The notes under the pieces: model-generated
What the model saw: the letters and a program-made list of their open reading frames with translations, nothing else
Database searches by the model: none
Told to the model about the DNA's origin: nothing
Shown: piece after piece, positions 19,525 through 27,166 of the stretch
Position numbering within the stretch: the stretch's first letter is position 1
Layout: every line of letters begins with the position of its first letter
Source: Bacteroidota bacterium
GTDB taxonomy: Bacteria > Bacteroidota > Ignavibacteria > UBA10030 > UBA6906
Direction: 5' to 3'
NCBI GenBank assembly: GCA_041493205.1
Contig: JBGPYM010000002.1
Coordinates: 1-40,086, forward strand
DNA: 40,086 bases
Program-made: the position numbers and the translations under genes

Positions 19525-20973
19525 GTGATCCCCATGGGCGGCATTTCGCCGCCCATGGCAGTTGTCGCGGCATTCGCCCTGCTTGCTTTTTCCTCAGTCA
19601 TTACCGTACTTAACACGCTTGTTACCCGACCCCGCATGAAGGGTCCGTTTTTTCCAACAGCTGGCTCACGCCGCATGTCCCCTCAGGATTCAGCCGGTAC
19701 CGCAGGATCGTCCCCGCAGGAGGAAAATCGCCGCCTGAAACGGGCCGTCGAGGAGCTCTCCATCCTGAACGACCTCGCCCGCGCTATCGGCGCTTCGGTG
19801 AACCTCCAGGACATCATGCGGACGATAATTCATCGTTCGTTACGGGCCATCCATGCGGAACAGGGCGTCATCACGCTCGTCGACCGCCGATCGCGCGATG
19901 CGATGAAAACATTTGTCCGCACCGCGGTCAGCTCTACACAGGCCCCGCACTTTCATTTCAGCCAGAGTCTTCTCGGGTGGATGCACCTGAATAAGAAGCC
20001 GCTGGCGATCCAGGACCCGCGCACCGACAGCCGCTTCAAGGGGGTCGAGTGGGACGATTCCATCCGGTCGCTTCTCTGCGTCCCGATGATGGCCAAATCC
20101 GCCCTGATCGGCGTGCTGACGGTCTATAATAAGAAGGAGGGAACCCCGTTTACAGACGAGGACCAGCGCCTCCTCGCGATCATCGCCGGACAATCAGCGC
20201 AGGTCGTGGAAAACGCGCGGCTCTACGAAGAGGAGCAGGCGCTCCACCGGATGAAGGAGGAAGTGCGGCTTGCCGCAACCATTCAGATGGACCTCCTCCC
20301 CAAGACCGCTCCTGTCGTGTCCGGGTATGACATTGCAGGAAGAAGCATCCCTGCACAGCTCGTCGGGGGGGACTACTTCGATTTCATTCCCATCGATGCC
20401 GCACGGCTCGCAATCTGCCTGGCGGATGTCTCCGGCAAAGGACTCCCGGCGTCACTCCTGATGGCCAATGTCCAGGCGACGCTCCGCGGGCAGACGCTGT
20501 CCAATACCTCGGTCAGTTCCTGCATCGCCCGGTCGAACCGGCTGCTCCATCAAAGCACGAGCCCGGAGAAATTTGTGACCGTCTTTTACGGACGGCTCGA
20601 CATCCAGGCGCACACGCTGACATATTGCAATGCCGGGCAGGACAACCCCCTGCTGTTCTCCGCCGAAGGCGAACCGCGGCGGCTCGGGACGGGAGGGATC
20701 GTTCTGAGCATCATGGAGGAATTCCCCTATCAGGAGGAAACCGTTCCGCTCGCGCCGGGGGATTGCCTGATCATGTTTTCGGACGGCATTACCGAGGCGG
20801 TCGATCAACAGGCGGAGCAATTCGGCGAGGCGCGCATCGCCTCGATCGTTAGGACCCGCCGCCTGGAGACGGCGGAAGCGATCATCGATGCCGTGGTCGA
20901 AGCCGTGAGGGTCCATGCGGCGGACGCGCCGCAATCGGACGATATGACCATCGTTGTTGTCAGGCGCCTGTGA
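19525..20973 (+). CDS. GAF-domain PP2C (SpoIIE/RsbU-type) serine phosphatase
   Basis: 482 aa counted from GTG 19525, with an alternative ATG at 19534. A possible N-terminal TM helix is followed by a GAF region. PP2C motifs are GGDYFDF, LADVSGKGLPASLLMA, FSDGITEA and QSDDMTIVVVRR. Confidence 0.88.
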   Translation: MIPMGGISPPMAVVAAFALLAFSSVITVLNTLVTRPRMKGPFFPTAGSRRMSPQDSAGTAGSSPQEENRRLKRAVEELSILNDLARAIGASVNLQDIMRTIIHRSLRAIHAEQGVITLVDRRSRDAMKTFVRTAVSSTQAPHFHFSQSLLGWMHLNKKPLAIQDPRTDSRFKGVEWDDSIRSLLCVPMMAKSALIGVLTVYNKKEGTPFTDEDQRLLAIIAGQSAQVVENARLYEEEQALHRMKEEVRLAATIQMDLLPKTAPVVSGYDIAGRSIPAQLVGGDYFDFIPIDAARLAICLADVSGKGLPASLLMANVQATLRGQTLSNTSVSSCIARSNRLLHQSTSPEKFVTVFYGRLDIQAHTLTYCNAGQDNPLLFSAEGEPRRLGTGGIVLSIMEEFPYQEETVPLAPGDCLIMFSDGITEAVDQQAEQFGEARIASIVRTRRLETAEAIIDAVVEAVRVHAADAPQSDDMTIVVVRRL

Positions 20974-21419
20974 CCACACCCGCCGCAGGGGGCGCCGCCG
21001 GCACCGGAGACCCGATGCGCCAGCTCTTTCAGAAGGAGATGCGTTCGCTGGATGCGCTCTTCGGATTCCTCACCCGGTTCACCCGGGCTGAGCGGATCGA
21101 TGCGGCGGCATCCTATGCCATCGCCCTTGCCGTGGAGGAGTTCTTCACCAACATGGTAAAATACAGCGGCGGGCAGGGGAATCCTGTGCTCGTTGAGGCC
21201 CTCCGTGTCGGAGAAACGGTCACTGTGCGGTTGGAGGAGGAAACGACCGCACCATTTGATGTTACGCGCCCCACCCAGACGCAGTTTGACCGCCCCCCGC
21301 TGGAGCGGCGGCCGGGCGGACTCGGTATTCATATCGCAAAAGAACTGCTGGATGACGTCCAGTACGATTTCAAGGAAGGCACCAGCAGAATCACGCTGAT
21401 TAAACACCTGGAGAAGTAG
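20970..21419 (+). CDS. RsbW/SpoIIAB-like anti-sigma regulatory factor (HATPase_c_2 fold)
   Basis: 149 aa from a GTG that overlaps the upstream stop (GTGA), with an alternative ATG at 21015. The N-box is AVEEFFTNMVKYS and the G2-like segment is RRPGGLGIHIAKELLDDV. Where the G1 box should be, the sequence reads VRLEEETTAPFDV. Confidence 0.8.
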   Translation: MTTPAAGGAAGTGDPMRQLFQKEMRSLDALFGFLTRFTRAERIDAAASYAIALAVEEFFTNMVKYSGGQGNPVLVEALRVGETVTVRLEEETTAPFDVTRPTQTQFDRPPLERRPGGLGIHIAKELLDDVQYDFKEGTSRITLIKHLEK

Positions 21420-21423
21420 CATC

Positions 21424-21711
21424 ATGTTCACGATTACCGTCAACGAAACGGGCGTCATCGAGCTGACGGGTCGACTTGACGCGGCCCAGACCGAGCGGGC
21501 ACGGGAGGTGTTCAACCGGCTGAGTGATTCGGCCGTCGTGGACATGCAGCACCTCGACTATATCTCCAGCGCCGGGCTGGGGGTGCTGCTGGCGACTCAA
21601 CAGCGGCTTGCCAGGGAGGGAGGAAAGGGACTTAGGTTGGTTCACATGAACAAAATGATCCGCGATGTGTTCAGAATCGCCCGATTTGACCTTATTTTCA
21701 CGATAGAGTAG
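21424..21711 (+). CDS. STAS-domain anti-sigma-factor antagonist (RsbV/SpoIIAA-like)
   Basis: 95 aa. The phospho-acceptor context is DYISSAGLGVLL. Confidence 0.88.
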   Translation: MFTITVNETGVIELTGRLDAAQTERAREVFNRLSDSAVVDMQHLDYISSAGLGVLLATQQRLAREGGKGLRLVHMNKMIRDVFRIARFDLIFTIE

Positions 21712-21740
21712 GCCAACTATTTGACCTCTGCATTGTATTT

Positions 21741-22280
21741 ATGACAGAACGCAGCGACGAAGAGTTTGTCCGCCAGTGCCGGTCCGGAGATCGGAAGGCG
21801 TATGATGCGCTCGTGGAACGGTATCAGCGGACGATCTATAATGTAGCGATCAGGATGGTGCGGGACCGGGATGACGCGGCGGACGTGACACAGTCGGTGT
21901 TCGTCAAGGCGTATGAAGGACTCGCAAAGTTCGATGACAGGTTCAAGTTCTTCAGCTGGCTCTACCGGATTGCGGTCAATGAATCCCTGAACCTGCTGAG
22001 CCAGCGGAAGCGGTTTGACGGCCTCGAAGGAGTCGATGTCGCAGAAACAATCGACGAGGGGCTGGACGACGAGACGGTTGAACGGGAAGCCAGCATCCAG
22101 GGTGCTTTGATGCTGTTAAAAAGTGATCAACGTGCAATCATCGTCCTGAAACACATGCAGGGATTGTCGTACGAGGAAATCGGTCAAATCATGGATCTTC
22201 CCGTGAAGAGGGTAAAATCAAGACTCTTCTCTGCGAGGCAGGCCTTGCGGGATCATCTCAGGAAAAAAGGGGTAGGGTGA
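21741..22280 (+). CDS. ECF (group 4) RNA polymerase sigma-70 factor
   Basis: 179 aa. Region 2 reads DAADVTQSVFVKAYEGLAKF...FFSWLYRIAVNESLN. Region 4 reads LSYEEIGQIMDLPVKRVKSRLFSARQALR. Confidence 0.92.
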   Translation: MTERSDEEFVRQCRSGDRKAYDALVERYQRTIYNVAIRMVRDRDDAADVTQSVFVKAYEGLAKFDDRFKFFSWLYRIAVNESLNLLSQRKRFDGLEGVDVAETIDEGLDDETVEREASIQGALMLLKSDQRAIIVLKHMQGLSYEEIGQIMDLPVKRVKSRLFSARQALRDHLRKKGVG

Positions 22281-22284
22281 ACTC

Positions 22285-23037
22285 ATGGACGCAAAAAACA
22301 GAGATTTGCTGAACAGAGACGTGGACGGTGCGGTGACGGATACTGACCGCCAGCAGGTCCAGCGGCTCCTCAAGCGCAGCGCCGAAGCCCGGCGATTCCA
22401 CGCCGAACTGACGCGGCTCTCCCGCCTTCTCTCCGGCGTGGCGGAAGTTGATCCGCCGGTGCACCTCGCGAACAGGATTCGCGCCGCGGTCCATGGCCAT
22501 GACGCCCCCATCCAACCGCGCACACACATCTGGCGCGAGAAATTGACTTCCCTTGTGCATCCGCCGACCCCCCTGCGCTACGGGTCGGTATTTGCCGGTG
22601 GACTTGTGGCAGGCCTCTTCCTGTTTATGACCTTTCTGCAGCCCCTGGACCGGTCATCGGTTCCTGACAGCGCTGCCGCCGGCACCGTTGTGGGACGTGC
22701 AGAATCCATCACTGTCGCCGCCGGTGATGCATCAGGGTCGGTCCGCGTTATGCGCCTCGGAGGGTCGAGCGAGCTTGCGGTCCGGATGACCCTGAACCGC
22801 GGCATTGTCACACGCCTCAGTTTTGATCCCTCCCGGATTACTCTCAAAGGCATCCGCGGGCCCGAAACACCCTCTGGAAGTCTCACGGTCCGGGAGGGCG
22901 TGGTGGAGCTCGCCGGAACGGGGATCCAGGCATGCACGCTTGACCTCGTCCCCCGTACGCCCGGAGCCTCCGTCGCTGTATCGCTCATGGGTGCCGAGGG
23001 GGAACTCCTTCGCAAATCAATCCCGATAGCAGATTAG
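22285..23037 (+). CDS. Single-pass transmembrane anti-sigma factor (non-zinc anti-sigma domain)
   Basis: 250 aa, starting 4 nt after the sigma gene. The N-terminal roughly 55 aa have the anti-sigma-domain helix layout but lack HxxxCxxC. There is one TM helix (YGSVFAGGLVAGLFLFMTFL) and a beta-rich C-terminal domain. Confidence 0.7.
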   Translation: MDAKNRDLLNRDVDGAVTDTDRQQVQRLLKRSAEARRFHAELTRLSRLLSGVAEVDPPVHLANRIRAAVHGHDAPIQPRTHIWREKLTSLVHPPTPLRYGSVFAGGLVAGLFLFMTFLQPLDRSSVPDSAAAGTVVGRAESITVAAGDASGSVRVMRLGGSSELAVRMTLNRGIVTRLSFDPSRITLKGIRGPETPSGSLTVREGVVELAGTGIQACTLDLVPRTPGASVAVSLMGAEGELLRKSIPIAD

Positions 23038-23125
23038 GCTGCAACAGGCCCAACACCCGGGAACAACGGAAGTATTTAAAACAAAGAACCAGTTTTCGCA
23101 CCGGACACCCTTCACAGGAGGCTGT

Positions 23126-24073
23126 ATGGAACAGAGCAACGAACCAACGACTTCAGGACCGAAGCGTTCCCTGCTTATCGGCGCGGCAGTTCTTGCCATC
23201 TGTGCCGTCGTGTACTTCTCGTATTACACCTCCTCTCCGGGAGTTGACAATGCCAGCGGCACCATCGGCGCCGCGAAGAAGTACCGGTCGGGCCAGATTG
23301 CAGAATCAGACGTGAAACTGGCCGAGGCGGGCACACACAATGCGGTCACGGTGAAGGATCCTGCTGACGAGAACGCGGCGACGGAACTGCGCAGCACTGC
23401 AGCAGCCCTCGGGATAACGGCCCGCGATCTCGGTGCACAGCAGTCGTTCGACCGCACCGCGGCCGCCGATCTCGCCCGGGCAGCGGCAGAACTTGGCAAG
23501 ACCGCGCAGGTCGCCCTCGACCACCAGGCATCCCTGGAAAAAACGGTCGTCGCGGACCTGCAGAGCCAGGCGTCGGCATTGCAGAAGAGCGCCGCAGAAG
23601 CCCTGAACAATCAGGCATCGCTCGAGAAATCAGCAATTGTGAATCTCGAAAACAGCGCCCAGTTGCTGGAACGTGCGTCCCTCGCCGCACAGCCCGCCTT
23701 CGAGCGGACGGCCATCGCGGAGTTCTCCCGCACGGCGGAGTCGCTGAATAATGCTGCAAAAGACCTGGGCTCACACCAGGGATTCGACAAGTCGGCGGTT
23801 GCAGAGCTCCAGTCGACGGCGGCCGCTCTCGCACAGGCGGCGCAGGCCATCGGACGCGCCGGCAGCATCGATCGCAACGAAGTCGCCACTCTCATGCAGC
23901 GCGCACGGGAACTGGACAGAACAGCGACAGGCATCCTGGAATCCAAGTCAGGCCTGAGCCGGAACGCGGCGGCAGACCTCGGGCAGAAGTCACAGGCCCT
24001 GGAAAAACAGCTCGCGAGTTTCGAGCGCACCGCGGGCGCGACGCTGGAACAGAAGGCCTCCAGCGACCAGTAA
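23126..24073 (+). CDS. Membrane-anchored tandem-repeat (Ala/Gln/Leu-rich, helical) protein
   Basis: 315 aa. The N-terminal TM helix is LLIGAAVLAICAVVYFSYY. About 8.5 repeats of 26-29 aa follow. GGAGG lies upstream of the ATG. Confidence 0.75.
   Translation: MEQSNEPTTSGPKRSLLIGAAVLAICAVVYFSYYTSSPGVDNASGTIGAAKKYRSGQIAESDVKLAEAGTHNAVTVKDPADENAATELRSTAAALGITARDLGAQQSFDRTAAADLARAAAELGKTAQVALDHQASLEKTVVADLQSQASALQKSAAEALNNQASLEKSAIVNLENSAQLLERASLAAQPAFERTAIAEFSRTAESLNNAAKDLGSHQGFDKSAVAELQSTAAALAQAAQAIGRAGSIDRNEVATLMQRARELDRTATGILESKSGLSRNAAADLGQKSQALEKQLASFERTAGATLEQKASSDQ
23378..24070 (+). repeat. Protein-level tandem repeat array (about 8.5 units of 26-29 aa)
   Basis: The units end in FDRTA, LEKTV, LEKSA, FERTA, FDKSA, IDRNE, LSRNA and FERTA. 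The consensus is x-A-[DE]-L-x3-A-x2-L-x3-A-x2-L-x3-Q-x-[FLI]-[DE]-[RK]-[TS]-A. Confidence 0.8.
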
Positions 24074-24094
24074 TACCCCCAACCACACACACCG

Positions 24095-24138
24095 TACGGG
24101 AGGGTGGCGACTGCCACCCTCCCGTATTGTTTTCTTCC
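24095..24138 (+). terminator. Rho-independent terminator closing the sigma-factor unit
   Basis: Perfect 14-bp stem TACGGGAGGGTGGC (24095-24108) / GCCACCCTCCCGTA (24113-24126) with loop GACT, followed by TTGTTTTCTTCC. Confidence 0.85.
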
Positions 24139-24202
24139 GCAGTATTCAGTACCCTTCCGTGCACTTCCGCAGATCGCAGACAGACACCGGAGCAGATCTT
24201 TC

Positions 24203-27154
24203 ATGCGGCATACCCCCCGACGCACCGTCCTGACCGCCGTTGCTGTGGTCTCCCTCGCAGTGTTCCCTCCGCCGGCAGGATCGCAGGTGTTTGTCCGTGA
24301 GACGGGGAACCTCCGGCTGATCACCCTCGACCGCGCACACGCCTACCTGGTGCCACACGCGGCAGCAAGCTTTGAAAATTCCCTCCGCTTCCATCGCACG
24401 CTCTTCGACTACACGCCGACCGAAAAAGTCACCGTCTTGCTCCACGATTTCAACGACTATGGGTCGGGCGGCACCAATACGATCCCGTGGAATTACCTGA
24501 GCATCGGCATCGAGCCGTATGACTATGTCTATGAAACGGCTCCGACCAATGAACGGATGAACTGGGTCATGAACCACGAGCTCGTGCACGTGCTTGCAAC
24601 GGACAAGGCCGCGGGAAGCGACAATATCTTCCGGAGCATCTTCTTCGGGAAGGTCACCCCGATCGCGGACAATCCTATGACCATGGCATACAGCGCACTC
24701 ACCAGTCCGCGCTGGTACTCCCCCCGCTGGTACCACGAGGGGATTGCAGTGTTCCTCGAGACCTGGATGTCGGGAGGCATCGGACGCGCGCTGGGCGCAT
24801 ATGACGAGATGGTCTTTCGGACGATGGTCGCCGACAGCAGCTATTTCTACGACTACGTCGGTCTCGAGTCGGAAGGGACCACCATTGATTTTCAGATCGG
24901 CGCCAACGCATATCTGTACGGCACCCGGTTTGTCAGCTACTGTGCCATGCAGAAAGGGCCGGAGAAGCTTCTCGCCTGGTTCAACCGGTCTGCCGGCAGC
25001 TCCCGCACCTACTCCGCACAGTTCGAAGAGGTCTACGGGCGGTCACTCCGCGGGGCCTGGAGCGATTGGATCGCCTGGGAACATCGCTGGCAGAAGGCAA
25101 ACCTCGATTCCGTGCACCGGAATCCCGTCACACCCATGCGCCCCCTGACGGCGGACCCGCTGGGTTCCGTTTCGCGCGCGTTCGTGGACCACGGGCGAGG
25201 GTCGCTCTTTGTCGCCATGAACAGGCCGGGTCAGCTCGCCGCGATCGCCGGGGTGGACCTTGCCGACGGGTCAGTGAGGACGCTGTGCGACGTTCCGTCG
25301 CCTGCCCTCTATTATGTCTGTTCCATGGCGTACGATTCCGCATCAGGCACGTTGTTCTATACGACGCACAACAGCACCTCCTGGCGCGACCTCCGGAGCG
25401 TGGATGTCCGGACCGGCGAGAGCAACGAACTGATCACCAACGGACGTATCGGCGACCTGGCATTCAACCGGGCGGACCGGTCTCTCTGGGGCGTCCAGCA
25501 TCATAACGGGTACTCCACGCTCGTGCGCATCCCCCCTCCGTACACGCACTGGGAGGATGTCCTTCCCCTCAAGTACGGACGGGATCTGTACGATCTCGAT
25601 GTGTCCCCCGACGGGAGCTTGCTGACAGCCTCCATGGCCGAAATCAGCGGCCGCCAGAGCCTGATTGCCATGCGCACCGACAGCCTGCGTGCCGGTTCAA
25701 TGGCCTATGATGCGCTGTACGAATTCAAGGACAACGCACCGATGAATTTCGTCTTTTCGCCGGACGGACGATACCTGTACGGATCCACGTATCAGACGGG
25801 CGTTGCGAATGCGGTCCGGTACGACCGGAGCACCAAATCAATGGAGTGGATCTCCAATGTGGAGACCGGCGTGTTCAGGCCGGTGCCGTTCGGTCGGGAT
25901 TCGCTCCTGGCATTCCGCTACACCGGCAGAGGGTTCCTTCCCGTCATTGTGCCTGTCGTCGTGCGGGAAGACATCAGTCCCATTGTCTACCTCGGACAGG
26001 CGGTGGTAGAGAAATATCCTGTGCTGATGCAATGGAAGATTCCTCCCCCGTCGGTCGTCAACATTGACTCATTGACCGTCTTTGCGGGAGAATACGACAG
26101 CTGGAGCCATTGTGGACTCGCCTCCGCATATCCCCTCGTTGAGGGGTATAAAGACTATACGTCCGTCGGCGAACGGTTCAATCTGCAGGATCCGCTCGGG
26201 GTCGCCGGTTTCATTCTGACGGGCTCATTCACGCCCTCCCGCGGCATACCGCCCGCGGAGCGTTTTCACGTTTCCGCCGAGGCCCGCTGGTGGCAGTGGA
26301 GGCTGACCGGTACGTACAATGCAGCCGACTTCTACGACCTGTTCGGCCCGACCCGGACCAGCCGCAAAGGGTACAGTGCAGGACTCCGGTACAGCGAATA
26401 CCTTATCTTCGAGAGGCCGAAGACGCTCGAGGTCAGCTTCGCGGCGACGGTGTACGCAGGGCTTGACAGGTTACCCGAGTACCAGAACGTCACGGCGTCG
26501 TTCGACAATTTTACCACGATCAACGGCCGGCTGACGTATGCATACATGCGACGTTCACTTGGTGCCGTGGACAATGAATCCGGCGTGGGCGCGTCGCTCA
26601 ACAGCCTGAATGCGATCGTCCGGGGGGAATTCATTCCCCGCGTGTACGGAACGGCGGATGTGGGATTTGCCCTGCCGATCGATCACTCGTCGCTGTGGCT
26701 GCGGGGGGCAGCAGGGTGGGGAGGAGGAAATCGCGACGATGTGTTCGGCGGCTTTTTCTTTGGCGGCTTCGGGAATAACTGGGTGGATTTCAGAGAGCCG
26801 AAGCGGTACCGGGAGTATTACAGCTTCCCGGGTGCGGAGCTCAACAGCATCGGAGGCACGACCTTTGTCCGCGCGATGGGGGAGTGGACACTTCCGCCCG
26901 TCCGCTTCCGGGAATTCGGCTTTCCCTCGCTGTACTGCACATGGATGCGCGCCGCCCTGTTTTCGTCTGTCATCAGCACCAATATTGACAATGCCGCATT
27001 CCGGACGCGGGCACTCTGCGCCGGTGCACAGGTGGATTTCAAGCTGGTACTGTTTTCCCATCTCGATTCGATGCTCTCATTCGGATATGCGGCGGCAGCG
27101 GGAGAGCATGCACGCATGACGCGTGAGTATATGATTTCCCTGAAATTGCTCTGA
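24203..27154 (+). CDS. Secreted Peptidase_MA-like metalloprotease / beta-propeller / predicted outer-membrane beta-barrel fusion protein
   Basis: 983 aa counted from MRHTPRR, which opens a signal peptide. HELVH lies at 24575-24589 and the third zinc ligand region reads SPRWYHEGIAVFLE. TolB-like SPDG blades include DVSPDGSLL and FSPDGRYLYG. The C-terminal roughly 340 aa are Gly/aromatic-rich with alternating strands (FGGFFFGGFGNNW). Confidence 0.65.
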   Translation: MRHTPRRTVLTAVAVVSLAVFPPPAGSQVFVRETGNLRLITLDRAHAYLVPHAAASFENSLRFHRTLFDYTPTEKVTVLLHDFNDYGSGGTNTIPWNYLSIGIEPYDYVYETAPTNERMNWVMNHELVHVLATDKAAGSDNIFRSIFFGKVTPIADNPMTMAYSALTSPRWYSPRWYHEGIAVFLETWMSGGIGRALGAYDEMVFRTMVADSSYFYDYVGLESEGTTIDFQIGANAYLYGTRFVSYCAMQKGPEKLLAWFNRSAGSSRTYSAQFEEVYGRSLRGAWSDWIAWEHRWQKANLDSVHRNPVTPMRPLTADPLGSVSRAFVDHGRGSLFVAMNRPGQLAAIAGVDLADGSVRTLCDVPSPALYYVCSMAYDSASGTLFYTTHNSTSWRDLRSVDVRTGESNELITNGRIGDLAFNRADRSLWGVQHHNGYSTLVRIPPPYTHWEDVLPLKYGRDLYDLDVSPDGSLLTASMAEISGRQSLIAMRTDSLRAGSMAYDALYEFKDNAPMNFVFSPDGRYLYGSTYQTGVANAVRYDRSTKSMEWISNVETGVFRPVPFGRDSLLAFRYTGRGFLPVIVPVVVREDISPIVYLGQAVVEKYPVLMQWKIPPPSVVNIDSLTVFAGEYDSWSHCGLASAYPLVEGYKDYTSVGERFNLQDPLGVAGFILTGSFTPSRGIPPAERFHVSAEARWWQWRLTGTYNAADFYDLFGPTRTSRKGYSAGLRYSEYLIFERPKTLEVSFAATVYAGLDRLPEYQNVTASFDNFTTINGRLTYAYMRRSLGAVDNESGVGASLNSLNAIVRGEFIPRVYGTADVGFALPIDHSSLWLRGAAGWGGGNRDDVFGGFFFGGFGNNWVDFREPKRYREYYSFPGAELNSIGGTTFVRAMGEWTLPPVRFREFGFPSLYCTWMRAALFSSVISTNIDNAAFRTRALCAGAQVDFKLVLFSHLDSMLSFGYAAAAGEHARMTREYMISLKLL

Positions 27155-27166
27155 GGGGCCGGTTCC

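Noticed and set aside
23059-23064. GGGAAC, a possible ECF-type -35, in the 88-nt gap upstream of the repeat-protein gene
   Set aside because: No acceptable ECF -10 (CGTC, TCTRA or TCAAA) lies at 16-17 nt spacing. The hexamer alone is not evidence.
24104-24202. N-terminal extensions proposed by longest-ORF calls: here, and also 8791-8991, 31071-31115 and 35564-35659
   Set aside because: These extensions cross terminator hairpins or promoter elements and precede obvious native N-termini. Those are a signal peptide at 24203, MVGLRDR at 8790, MTAAGL at 31116, and MPVQIIVGAQWGDEGKGK at 35563.
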